IMG/VR virus record: IMGVR_UViG_3300013102_000005
Location: 1 to 64,000 of that record
Origin: a virus
DNA length: 64,000 nt
Reading direction: 5' to 3' (one strand)
Shown here piece after piece: positions 9,742-19,500 of this stretch. The notes under the pieces were generated by a model. It worked only from the letters and a program-made list of their open reading frames with translations, had not been told where the DNA came from and made no database searches. The translations under genes and the position numbers were made by a program. Position 1 is the stretch's first letter; each line of letters opens with the position of its first letter.

Positions 9742-9752
9742 ATTGCGGATAC

Positions 9753-9776
9753 AGAAAGGCCGCCCGAAGGCGGCCC
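9753..9776 (-). terminator. Intrinsic terminator
   Basis: GGCCGCC-TTCG-GGCGGCC-TTTCT on minus strand. Confidence 0.65.
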
Positions 9777-9796
9777 GGTGTGGCTATGCCACAAAA

Positions 9797-10033
9797 TCAG
9801 GCAGAGGCGGCTTGGCCTCCGCGACGAGTCTGCTTTTTCTTCGCAGATACAGGCCCGGCGAGCGGGCCAGCGGGCTCTAGTTCAACACCCCGCGCAGCGG
9901 CTACAGCAAGCATCTGCCGCTGCGACATGCTGACAGTGCCAATTCGAGCCTCGGCGTAAGCTCGCAGCTCCGCCATTTTCTTCTCTTTGGTGGCCTTCGC
10001 GGCCTTCTGTCTATCGAGTCGGGACATACGCAC
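9797..10033 (-). CDS. Small basic protein downstream of GNAT gene
   Basis: About 76-78 aa, Lys/Arg-rich, GGAGG RBS. Confidence 0.55.
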   Translation of the reverse strand: MRMSRLDRQKAAKATKEKKMAELRAYAEARIGTVSMSQRQMLAVAAARGVELEPAGPLAGPVSAKKKQTRRGGQAASA

Positions 10034-10054
10034 CTCCAGTAGATAGATTGCCTA

Positions 10055-10600
10055 TCATCCTACGGCCAGGTCGATGGGCTTGACAAGCTCGTTGTCTTGG
10101 TTGTAGTCGAATCCCAAATCTTTATAGAGGCGAACGACGCCAGGCAACGGCTGGGGAATGAGGATGCTCGGTAGATCGATTAGCTTCGCGTAGTCCTCTA
10201 CGGCCGTGATCATCATTGCGGCCACAAACCCCTTGAGGGGGTGCGATGCGTCAGGATGCCCCTCCACAAGCATCAGCTTGATTCGGAACTTGCTTCTTTT
10301 GGGCGTAGCAAAGCAGAGCCCACACAGGGTCTGGCCGTGCCATAGCGAGAGACTGATGGCCTTCGGGTGCCCTCTACCGCGCCTCGGCACGTCCAGCCAC
10401 TGGTCTTTGAAGTAGCTATGAGACCAGTCGTTCATCCGCTTGAGTGCGTTATGGTCGATGCTGTCATAGCGGATCAATTCGGGCGAAATGACCTTCTTCA
10501 CCACAGCTGGATCCTGCTGGATCTTTCGCTGCGTGATTTCACGAGAAATTATCGCTATCTCTCGATAATGCTTACGCACGTTGCGCGGTCGTTCTGCCAT
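10055..10600 (-). CDS. GNAT-like N-acetyltransferase
   Basis: HPLKGFVAAMM...PLPGVVRLYKDLGF C-terminal GNAT-like motif; more AT-rich than flanks. Confidence 0.6.
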   Translation of the reverse strand: MAERPRNVRKHYREIAIISREITQRKIQQDPAVVKKVISPELIRYDSIDHNALKRMNDWSHSYFKDQWLDVPRRGRGHPKAISLSLWHGQTLCGLCFATPKRSKFRIKLMLVEGHPDASHPLKGFVAAMMITAVEDYAKLIDLPSILIPQPLPGVVRLYKDLGFDYNQDNELVKPIDLAVG

Positions 10601-10636
10601 CCCTGTACCCCTTTCTGCATAGCGACACAGTCTGGC

Positions 10637-10909
10637 TTAGCAGCGGACCACTTCCAATAGCACCCATGGCTGATAGCCAGCCTTGCGAGCGGCCTTCTCG
10701 GCGTTCATGCGCGCCTCAAATTCGCTGATGGTGTCGTCCTCGTGCTCGAAGCGGTAGCAGATGCCGCCGCCAGGCTTGCGCACTGAGAGCACGACCTTGA
10801 TGCGCGGGCGCCGCTGTCCGTTGGTGCGCACGACGGGTTTCGCGGACGGGAGGGGAATCGGAAGGCCCAGGGCCTCGCGCATCATGGTTTCGGTGAGCAT
10901 CACTTGCAT
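10637..10909 (-). CDS. Hypothetical phage protein
   Basis: MQVMLTETMM start after AGGA; operator 10942-10953 upstream. Confidence 0.55.
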   Translation of the reverse strand: MQVMLTETMMREALGLPIPLPSAKPVVRTNGQRRPRIKVVLSVRKPGGGICYRFEHEDDTISEFEARMNAEKAARKAGYQPWVLLEVVRC

Positions 10910-10941
10910 GGGAGCGTCCTGCTTGAAGAGTGATAAATTTA

Positions 10942-10953
10942 TAGCACCTGCTA
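10942..10953. promoter_or_regulatory. Palindromic operator TAGCA-CC-TGCTA
   Basis: Perfect match to repeated palindrome, between divergent genes. Confidence 0.7.
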
Positions 10954-11014
10954 AAATAATCCCGCAAGCTATTTGCTCTTCATCCCAGATCAAGCCCGTG
11001 CAAGGTGCCGTCGC

Positions 11015-11503
11015 ATGTCCGATCAGAAAGACCCCAATCTACAGCTGTTCCACGTGAGCATTGCGGGCCACTACGGGCCGCCGGTGACCTTGGCCTGCTC
11101 CATCGTCGAGGACACAAACGTCTTGGTCATCGCCCGAGAGGAACCGTTCAAAGAGCGGCGTGATGCGGGATATGCGCTGATCACCAATCAGGACTTGCCG
11201 GAGCGTGACTGGCTGTTCGCCGACGATCATGTTCGAGACTCCATCAATAGCTTCTTCGCCCGGACATCCCGAAGCACCATCGCCATCGTCAATAGCCTTC
11301 AGCGGCATTCACCAGCGCAGGGGATCCAGAAGGACAGCTTTGACGAGCACGGACCTCGGTATCGCCTGATACGAGAAATCACCAATGGCCAGATAGCCGT
11401 GCTAGCTGCTTGCGGATTTGCCGACATCCAGTCCAGCGTCATCCTGGCCCAGTCGCTGGCCGACGACTTTATGGACCTCTACGACATCTACACGATCTCC
11501 TGA
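11015..11503 (+). CDS. Conserved P1-like phage protein (weak resemblance to P1 Lxr)
   Basis: DEHGPRYRLIREITNGQIAVLAAC pattern; convergent hairpin near 11510-11532. Confidence 0.5.
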   Translation: MSDQKDPNLQLFHVSIAGHYGPPVTLACSIVEDTNVLVIAREEPFKERRDAGYALITNQDLPERDWLFADDHVRDSINSFFARTSRSTIAIVNSLQRHSPAQGIQKDSFDEHGPRYRLIREITNGQIAVLAACGFADIQSSVILAQSLADDFMDLYDIYTIS

Positions 11504-11604
11504 CAGCAGAAGGCCCGCACACGGCAGGCCTCATTCATCATCTGTCATACGGATGACGTCATGGGTCATTCCTCATCCGTGTGAGGTCAGAACCCTCGTA
11601 GTCG

Positions 11605-12372
11605 TCACGCGGCATGCTCGATCTCCTCCCCGAGCTTAGCCAGGGCGGCCCGGAACGACTCTGCGTTGCGCTCACACAGCTCGGCCTGCTCTTCTTCACC
11701 CTCGGCGCGCCAGATGGGCGCGTTAGTCTCGACGCTGTGCAGTGCGATTCCCAGCACCGTCCGGGCGGACTCCAGTTCGGCGCTATCGAGCATTTCCCCT
11801 GCATCCAGGCGGACCAGCAGCGCATCAGCCTGCTGATCGTTCACGGCATCGAGGACCAGCATCGGTGCCTCACCGGCGCCGGCATCGTCCAGGGCAATGC
11901 CGAGTTCAGTTCGCAGGTTGTCACGGGTAGTCCTGGCTTCCAGGATGCGCTGGTCCAAATAGGTCACGCGCTCGGCCAGCGCTTGCTGGAGACGTGGAGC
12001 GGCCGTGCGAACGGACTTCGGTAGCTCAGCCCTTTGCCTGGCCAGCATGGCCTGGAACCGTTTTTCGTTGGCGCGCGCGGCGGCAGCGATCTCGGCCACG
12101 GCTTCCAGACCGCTCTGGTTCTTGATCGGCAGGTCGCGCTTGTTGAGCAGGACGCGGAAGATGTCGCCGGTCTGCTTCACTTGGAGCGCGATGGTCTGGC
12201 CGCTTGCCAGGGTCAGCAGCGCCTGGCGGAAGCTGATACCGGCACGACGCTGGACGCGCGGATCGAACGAGGTTTGCGCCACTGGCTGGCCAGCCCGCAG
12301 CATGGCCTGGCTGACGCGCTTGAGCGAGCGCTGGGCGTCGCTGGGATTGTCGAAGTCGAACAGAAGATCCAT
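11605..12372 (-). CDS. hdf: Hdf-like protein (DarA N-terminal homolog)
   Basis: RRAGISFRQALLTLASGQTIALQVKQTGDIFRVLLNKRDLPI DarA_N/Hdf signature. Confidence 0.65.
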   Translation of the reverse strand: MDLLFDFDNPSDAQRSLKRVSQAMLRAGQPVAQTSFDPRVQRRAGISFRQALLTLASGQTIALQVKQTGDIFRVLLNKRDLPIKNQSGLEAVAEIAAAARANEKRFQAMLARQRAELPKSVRTAAPRLQQALAERVTYLDQRILEARTTRDNLRTELGIALDDAGAGEAPMLVLDAVNDQQADALLVRLDAGEMLDSAELESARTVLGIALHSVETNAPIWRAEGEEEQAELCERNAESFRAALAKLGEEIEHAA

Positions 12373-12398
12373 GGGCAGGGTCTCGAAGGATTTGCCCT

Positions 12399-12441
12399 AT
12401 GGTGCCGCGCCTGCCGCCCGCCGGCGGACGCACCTTTCCGG
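12399..12441 (-). promoter_or_regulatory. Late promoter element CCGGAAA-N30-CACCAT
   Basis: TTTCCGG 12435-12441; atggtg 12399-12404. Confidence 0.75.
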
Positions 12442-12444
12442 CCC

Positions 12445-12960
12445 CTACATCGGCGGACCGACTGGCGCCCCGTCGCCCTGCTCTAGGTGACTATGCTCCT
12501 GGGCGCTGATGCCGTCGGAGGTCATGTCGCCACCCGTTTGGGTCACCGGCCCCTTGATGGTGTGTTGGCTCGCGATCTGGGCGATCGCCTCGGCGGTGAG
12601 CTCCAGCACCGAGCCGCCGACTTGCAGCTTGATCGACTTCCCGGCCTTGATCAGGACGGTGTCGTCCGCAATGAGGGTGAAATTGTCGTGCTCCCAGTGG
12701 CGGGTGCCGACCATGTTCACATCCTGCTGGGCGCGAAAGCCGGTGATGATCGGATAGCGCGGGTCCCCGCTGATGAACGCCACCCAGACCTTGTCGCCGG
12801 GCCTGATGCGGATCTCCGTGTCCTCGCCTCGATCACCGATCGGCAGCTCGATCTCGGCGATCAGGTTGGCGCCCGCGCCATCAGTGAGGCCCGGCAGCTG
12901 GACCTCGCAAGTCTTGGCGCCGCGCGTGTAGGCGGCCACGACAGCAGGATAGCGGCTCAC
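12445..12960 (-). CDS. Baseplate central spike (gpV/gp5-like)
   Basis: VWVAFISGDPRYPIITGFR OB-fold; C-terminal HSH metal-binding tip. Confidence 0.8.
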   Translation of the reverse strand: MSRYPAVVAAYTRGAKTCEVQLPGLTDGAGANLIAEIELPIGDRGEDTEIRIRPGDKVWVAFISGDPRYPIITGFRAQQDVNMVGTRHWEHDNFTLIADDTVLIKAGKSIKLQVGGSVLELTAEAIAQIASQHTIKGPVTQTGGDMTSDGISAQEHSHLEQGDGAPVGPPM

Positions 12961-13850
12961 GTCGAGAGATCTCCGACCCAGAAGCGGGACAGGGTTTCGG
13001 TAATGCCCTCGCGCGCCCGGAAGCGGTGGGCGCCGGTGATAACCAGCTGCTTGATGCCATTGACGTCCACCACGTCGCCAGCGCGGATGTGCTGGGCCAT
13101 CTGGGAGTTGATGATCCGACGGGTCACCGCCACCCGGCTCAAGTTGTAGAGCATCCGCTCATCATGGTGCGGCATGAAGGCGACCCGACGGGGGATGTCG
13201 TAGTTGCCGCGCACGATGGCGCCGCCACTGTTGACCGAGTAGCCCATGGGGATCTCGTGCCGTTCGAGCAGCTCACTGCCCTGGGCGGCGCTGGAATCGA
13301 ACTGACCAATGCTGTCCACCGGCTCCTGCTGGAGCAGGTTCTGGAGGCGCTCGATGGACATCCGCCCTTCGCGCAGCACCATGGCTGCGCCTTCCTCCTG
13401 TAGGGCGATGGCCAGCGGATAGGTCGGCACGTCGCCGACCAGGGCAGCGAAGCGCGCCACGGTGAAGTCGTTGCCAATGTTCACCCGCGCGCCGCAGGCC
13501 AAGTAGAGGGCGCCGAGCGAGGCCTTGTGCTGGATCACCGCGCGACTACGCGGGCCGGCCAGCGCCTCGAAGCCTTCCAGGAATGCGGTGTAGGTGCCGA
13601 CTTGCAGCGCGTCCTCGCCCTGCACCAGGCCGGCGGGGTGGCCACGCTCGCGTTTCACGATCACGTACTTGAGGTGCTCACGGCCGCACCAGACGGGGGT
13701 GCGGTCGGCCAGCTTGGCCTCCAAGCCGCTCTTGAGCCGCACCGAAAACTCAAGAGTGCGCGGCACCGGGGCGAGGTCCGTCCGCAGGACGGTCTCCAGC
13801 AGCAGGTCGCCGGGCAGCTGGTCCTTGCCGTCGTTGAGGTAGACGTTCAC
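12957..13850 (-). CDS. Baseplate hub protein
   Basis: LRTDLAPVPRTLEF motif; directly upstream of spike. Confidence 0.6.
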   Translation of the reverse strand: MNVYLNDGKDQLPGDLLLETVLRTDLAPVPRTLEFSVRLKSGLEAKLADRTPVWCGREHLKYVIVKRERGHPAGLVQGEDALQVGTYTAFLEGFEALAGPRSRAVIQHKASLGALYLACGARVNIGNDFTVARFAALVGDVPTYPLAIALQEEGAAMVLREGRMSIERLQNLLQQEPVDSIGQFDSSAAQGSELLERHEIPMGYSVNSGGAIVRGNYDIPRRVAFMPHHDERMLYNLSRVAVTRRIINSQMAQHIRAGDVVDVNGIKQLVITGAHRFRAREGITETLSRFWVGDLST

Positions 13851-14632
13851 GCCGGCGCTCGCGTGGTGCCACTGGAGGTCGTGCGGATCACGGTGCCCAG
13901 GTTGACGTTGACCGCCTCGATCTCCTGCACCAGCGGATAGCCTGGAGGATTGTTGGTGCTGCCGTCGTTAAGCTCGCCGACCTTGGGCGCGTCGAAGAGC
14001 GGCGTGGTGACCTTGAGGGTGAAGTCGCCGGCCAGCACGGTCATGTTCTTGGCTTCGCCAGCCACCATGAACGCCATGTCGGGGTTCTCGATCACCGCAG
14101 GCGCCTGGACGGTGTACTGCCCGAACCGATGCTCTGCGGTGATGTGGCGGTTCTCGCCGAAGTCGCCCAGGAACATGGCGAACTGGGCGGCCAGGCTCCG
14201 GGCGCTCTGCTTGTCGGCCGCGAAGATCGCCACCTGCACGCGCACGTCGTGCATGGCGGTGCGCAGGCCGTAGTAGGAGCGGGGCTGTCCTGCTGGGGCG
14301 CCCTGGGCCTCGCTGAAGGTGACCAGCTGGCGTGGCATGGGGCGGGCGCCCCAGTCGCCACCGGTGCCCACGTAGTCGCGGGCCAGGGCGAAGATCACTA
14401 CCGGCAGCTTGGCGTTGGCGCCATGCTCGCCCTGCTGATCGCGTCGGTAGGCTTTGAGCATTTCCTCCGCATCCTCGCTCATGCGGCCCGGCGCGAGCTT
14501 GACGGCGAACTTGCAGCCTCGCGTGGCGAACTCCTGCACGGCGGCCGTATCGCCGTAGATACCCGCGTACCAGCGGGCCATCAGCTTGGCCACCGCCAGG
14601 TCGAGGGGGAACATTTCGCCATTCTGGCTCAT
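13847..14632 (-). CDS. Tail completion/terminator-like protein
   Basis: Start MSQNGEM at 14632 behind late promoter element; AKLPVVIFALARD motif. Confidence 0.5.
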   Translation of the reverse strand: MSQNGEMFPLDLAVAKLMARWYAGIYGDTAAVQEFATRGCKFAVKLAPGRMSEDAEEMLKAYRRDQQGEHGANAKLPVVIFALARDYVGTGGDWGARPMPRQLVTFSEAQGAPAGQPRSYYGLRTAMHDVRVQVAIFAADKQSARSLAAQFAMFLGDFGENRHITAEHRFGQYTVQAPAVIENPDMAFMVAGEAKNMTVLAGDFTLKVTTPLFDAPKVGELNDGSTNNPPGYPLVQEIEAVNVNLGTVIRTTSSGTTRAPA

Positions 14633-15144
14633 GGGTTCAACTCGGAAGTCAGGACATCGCTCGATAGTAGGGCGCGCATCGCCGGCGTCAGGACCTCGCT
14701 TTCCCGGCCCCAGGGAAACTCCAGCATCCAGAGGTGCTGCGGCGTAATCCGCCAGACCAGGTCCTTGCGAAACAGCGGCCAGCCGGCGGCATCGAAGCAC
14801 CAGGACACCAGCTCCGAACAGAACCAGCGCTCACGGTCCTGCCAGTTGCGCGCACGGGTCATCAGACCGACGATGCCGGCGAAGTCGTAGGGCTTGCCGT
14901 ACTGCGTGTAGCAGGCCGTCAGCACCCGCCGGGGCTCCGGGCAAGGGACCCGCACGATCTGGAAGGCGCTCACCTCGGCCAGGCGCTCCGTCAGGGGCGT
15001 GCGCCGCACGCCGCCGGGGAGGGCGCCAATGACACCCTCGCCGTCGATGAACTCGACGTGAGACCAGGGCGAGCCGGTGAACAGGCGGACGGCCAGCGAG
15101 TGGAGCGTGCGTGTGCGGCTGAACAGCAGCTTGATCTCGCCCAT
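14629..15144 (-). CDS. Permuted papain-like (YiiX/YebB, NlpC/P60) peptidase
   Basis: WSHVE, GKPYDF and WFCSELV motifs. Confidence 0.8.
   Translation of the reverse strand: MGEIKLLFSRTRTLHSLAVRLFTGSPWSHVEFIDGEGVIGALPGGVRRTPLTERLAEVSAFQIVRVPCPEPRRVLTACYTQYGKPYDFAGIVGLMTRARNWQDRERWFCSELVSWCFDAAGWPLFRKDLVWRITPQHLWMLEFPWGRESEVLTPAMRALLSSDVLTSELNP
14664..14706 (-). promoter_or_regulatory. Late promoter element CGGGAAA-N30-TACTAT
   Basis: TTTCCCG 14700-14706; atagta 14664-14669. Confidence 0.75.
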
Positions 15145-15147
15145 GGG

Positions 15148-15834
15148 TCAGTCCGCCTTGGAGGAGAACTGCACGCGCAGCGTGAAGGCCTTATCGAGGT
15201 CGTCGCTGTCCTGGACCTGGCTGGCGTGCTCGGGCTTGATCTTGTAGCCTAGGGTCATCTGGTAGACGGTGCCATCCTCGTTCAGGCGCACGCGCCGGTA
15301 GCCGTAGTAGACGCGGCCGGTCGTGCGGTGCGTGGCGCGGCAGAAGTACCAGCCTTCCACCACCGGCGCCTTGTCGGTGATGCCCATGTGAGGGCCCCAC
15401 CAGTCCAAGTCGCAATCGTTGATGTAGCAGGCCAGCAGCGAACTGGTGCGCTTGGCCCAGTTGAAGGGGTTGCGGCAGAGCCAGAGGTAGACGTTCCAGC
15501 GGGCGCGCTCGCGTCCCTTGCAGCGCGCGCTGGTCTTGCCACTCGGCTCGCCATACAGGCCGTCCTCGTAATTGCACCAGGGGCGCAGCCAGGCCCAGGC
15601 GCTGTTGGCGTACTCCCACCAGCCGGAGGCCCCTTGGGCGATGTATCGGGCGTCGTGGCGGGCTGCTAGCGGCTTGCCCTGGGGGTGCTTGGTCTGCACC
15701 TTGGCCGTCAACGCCACCAGGATGCCCATGGGGAAGTAGGTCAGCAGGACGCCGAGGAACAGGAGGGCGCCGACCCAGCACCACTGCCAGAAGGCAGCCA
15801 GCCGGTAGCGCAACGGGACGTCAGAAAAAGACAT
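15148..15834 (-). CDS. Trp-rich phage membrane protein
   Basis: N-terminal TM segment; YLWLCRNP motif; late promoter element upstream. Confidence 0.55.
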   Translation of the reverse strand: MSFSDVPLRYRLAAFWQWCWVGALLFLGVLLTYFPMGILVALTAKVQTKHPQGKPLAARHDARYIAQGASGWWEYANSAWAWLRPWCNYEDGLYGEPSGKTSARCKGRERARWNVYLWLCRNPFNWAKRTSSLLACYINDCDLDWWGPHMGITDKAPVVEGWYFCRATHRTTGRVYYGYRRVRLNEDGTVYQMTLGYKIKPEHASQVQDSDDLDKAFTLRVQFSSKAD

Positions 15835-15864
15835 GGGCGAACCTCGGAGATTGAGTGTTCGCCC

Positions 15865-15907
15865 ATGGTGAGGGGACGCCAGGGCTCCCCTGGCGCGGGG
15901 TTTCCGA
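15865..15907 (-). promoter_or_regulatory. Late promoter element TCGGAAA-N30-CACCAT
   Basis: TTTCCGA 15901-15907; atggtg 15865-15870. Confidence 0.8.
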
Positions 15908-16495
15908 TCAGGCCCAGACGACCGCGCGGACCTTGTCGATGTCCTCGTAGGCCGCGACCTGCGCCAGCAGCTTCTTACGCTTGATGCGCAGCTCAAGGAT
16001 GGTGTTGTAGCTCACGCCGGCCACCTTCTGGATCTGCTCGGCCGTGTGCATCTGGTCGCCCCAGACGCCGGTGTCGGGATCCAGACAGGTGAAGGGGCCG
16101 CGCCAGTCTGGATCGCTGGCGTTCATGGGCAGCTGCGAAGCCGCCACGGTGCCGGTCAGGTTGAGCTGGTCCTCGGTGTTCGAGGGATACAGGTATGCCT
16201 TGCCCAGTACGTCGCAGACGAAGCCGGCAACGATCGCCTGCGCGCAGGCCTCGGTGATCTCGGCGGCCTTCTGCTCTTTGAGCCTGGCAAGGGAGATCTC
16301 GGTCACCGGCTCGATGTCAGCCAGTGCCCCAGCAGTCGTCACCCACCAGGTGGACGCCTGGTCGTGGGCTTCGAAAGTTTCCGCATCGATCTCCAGCAGT
16401 TCGGCCTCCGGGGGCAGTGCGCTGTAGGTGAAAGCGTCGGTGTCGATCCAGCCCAGGACGCGGCGCGTCCTGGGGTCGAAGTGAACGTATTGCAT
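15908..16495 (-). CDS. Tail fibre assembly protein (DUF4376-like)
   Basis: ACAQAIVAGF..YPSNTEDQLNL..HTAEQIQKV; follows tail fibre. Confidence 0.75.
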   Translation of the reverse strand: MQYVHFDPRTRRVLGWIDTDAFTYSALPPEAELLEIDAETFEAHDQASTWWVTTAGALADIEPVTEISLARLKEQKAAEITEACAQAIVAGFVCDVLGKAYLYPSNTEDQLNLTGTVAASQLPMNASDPDWRGPFTCLDPDTGVWGDQMHTAEQIQKVAGVSYNTILELRIKRKKLLAQVAAYEDIDKVRAVVWA

Positions 16496-16505
16496 GTGGG
16501 TGTCC

Positions 16506-19500
16506 TTAGTATTGGATCATCAGGAAGCCGGGCATGCCTGCCGTGCCGTTACCGCCATCGCCGCTGCTTTGCCAGCTCGCGCCGCCACCACCGCCGCCAC
16601 AGCCGTAACCCAGGCCAGGCTTGGAGGCCACCCCGTAGTTATTACCGGCACGACCGCCACCACCGGCGGTGCCGAAGGGGCCGCTGCCGCCAGAGCCGCC
16701 GTCGCCACCGAGGCCCGCGCCACGTGCATCGCCGCCGTCTTCGCCACCGTAGTAGCCGCCAATCCCGCCGGCTCCCGAGGTAAGCGAGCCGCCCGTGGCC
16801 CCGGCGCCACCCACCAGCGGACTGAACATATCGTTGCCATTGCTGTTCTTCATGGTGGTGGAGCCACCGGAGACACCGCTGTTGCCACCGTTGCCCGAAG
16901 TGCCGCCGGTCCCGGCATTACCGCCCGCGCCGATACCGATGGTGTAGGTCATGCCCGGCGTGACGGTGAGCGGGTGCATGATGAGGAAGGTGCCAGCGCC
17001 ACCGCCGCCGCCGCCGCCAGCGCCATAGGTCTGGCCGTAGCCACCACCCCCAGCACCGCCACCGCCGCCGGCGCAGGCCGAGACGTAGATCTGCGTCACG
17101 CCCGCCGGGCAGGTCCAGGTGCCGTTCGCAACGAAGCGGACAGAAACACCCTTGACGCTGATGGCGTCGCGCACGAATGCCGTCGTGGCGCCCTTGGTGC
17201 TGCTGTCGGTGCGCGCCTGGGTCGGCATGGTGATAGTGGTCGCAATCGCCATCTGCCCGACGTTGACGAGGCCTGTCGAGCGGATGATGGCGAACGGGGT
17301 GTCCAGGTAGCTGCCGTCGTCGGCGAACCGGTTGACGTAGAAGTTCGAGCCGACGTTACCGCTGCTCTCGGCATCGTTGGTCGCGCCGACGTCCCAGCGC
17401 ACAGTGCCGGCGGTGCTCAGGCGCAGGTGCCGGTAGTTGCCCGACACACCATTGATGTTCAGGTAGGCCGAACCGCTGCCGTAGCTGATCGTCGTGGGCC
17501 GGTTCAGCGTGGTCCAGGCGTTGACGTAGAAGGCATTGCCCGTAAAGGTCATGGTGCCGTTGCCGACCGTGCCGTCGCCGCCCGAGGCGAGCATGCGGAA
17601 GTCGTAGTCCACCGCCGTGGCGCCCGAATGCCAGTCCAGGAACGGCGTGGTCGCGCTACCGCCACGGGTGTCGCCCAGCTCGATGCCGGCGTTCATCCCG
17701 CTGGGGGTGATGGCCAGGCTGTTGGTGGTGAAGACGAAACCGCCGTCGGATAGGGTCGTCTGCCCCTTAACGGCAAAGGTGCCGGTCACGTTGGCGTTGC
17801 CGTTGAAGGTGGCGCCCGAGGCGGTCGTGAGGAACCCCGCATCGGTCAGCGTCAGCAGCACGCTGTTGAAGGCGCTGTTGACCACCTCGAAGTTGCCGCC
17901 CTTGGAGCGCAGGTATTTGCCAGGGGTCGATCCGTTGCCGTACAGCTGGATCGCGGCGCCCTGGGCGCCCTCGTCGCGGATCAGCAGCGACTTGACGTTG
18001 CCGCTGGTGTTGATCGACATCATGTTGCCGTTCAGCTGCAACATGCTGCCGCTGCCGTCGTCGGTCGCGGTGCCGATCAGGACCTTGCCGGCCAGGTAAT
18101 TCGGCGCCGAGCCACCCATGTACAGGTTCCAGCGGTTTTTGCCGGACACGGTGTTCATCGAGCCGTAGAAGCCGTAGGCGTTGGCCAGGGCCACCAGCGG
18201 CTGGTCGTTGGCCAGGTACGAGGTGTGGTTGGTCACCAGCTGGTTGCTGCCGATGGCCAGGGGCTCCTGGACATACCCAATGTGCTGACCCAGGGTGGCC
18301 GAGGTGGAGCCGTCACCGATCGAGCTGTAGGCCCGGAAGTCGTTCGCGGTGCTGGTGCAGTCGGGGCCGTAGTTCAGCTGGACGTTGACGCCGCGCTGGC
18401 TGGTGCCCGTCATGGCGGCCGTGGCATAGCCGCGCGGGCCGACGTTCAGGGAGACAGAACTTGCGATCGGGGCGCCGGCGAAAGCCGCCACGTTGCCGGC
18501 CTGGAAGGTGCCCGAAACGCTCGCGTTGGCCGCCACCGTGACAGCATGGCCAAAGGTCACGGTGCCGTCGGCCAGATTGACCCGGAACGGCCGCAGCGCG
18601 TTATAGCCGCCGTACTGGTCATTGGCGCTGGTCAGCATCAGCCAGAGGTTGCTGCCGTCATTGCGCCAGAACGTGCCGTAGTTGCCGTAGACCTGGCGGT
18701 AGGAGTTGATCGCGGTGGTCTGCACCTCGCCGGCGAACTGGCCGCTGCCGTTGTCGTTCAGCGAAAAGATCGTCGCGCCATAGGCGCTGTTGATGATCTG
18801 GAAAGAGCCATCCTTGACGCGCAGGTACTTGCCCGGCGTGGCGGAGCCATTGCCGACCATCTTGAGGGTCGCGCCGTTGGCGCCGGTGTCCTGTATCGTC
18901 ATGGTCCAGGCGTTGCCGCTGCCCTGGACGTTGGCCTGACCGACCACCTGGAGATTGCCGCCGATGTCGGCAGTGGTGCCGATCAGCAGATTGCCCATCA
19001 TGTGGTTCGGCGCGGTGCCATCCGCGAACAGGTTCCAGCGGTCCTTACCGTCTACCCGGTTGAGCTGGCCACGGAAGCCGAAGGCCTTGCCGATGGCGGT
19101 ACTGCCCACGGCAGTCGCCTGGAAGTGCATATGCTCGCCAATGGCTGCGTTGGCGCCGTTGAACGTGGGGGCCGTGGATTGGAAGCCGTAGGTGAACCCG
19201 ATGGTGCCGGCCGTATCGGCAATCGCTGGCCGCGAGGCAAAGGCGATGCCCTGCGTGGTGGCTACGGTCGGGTCCCAGACGCTTGCGAAATAGACACCGT
19301 AGTTGCTGCTGGTGAGCTGGTTATCGGTGCGGATGTAGAGCGCCACGGAGCTGGACGTAGTGGTGCCCAGGGCAAAGCACCGGGCGCGAACGCTCAGGAA
19401 GCCGCCGCCCGAGGTGCCATCGCCGCCGCCCGCCATCAGGCGGGAGTCAAAATCCGCAACGGTCGCGCCGGAGTGGAAGTCGATATAGGGCGAGGTGGCC

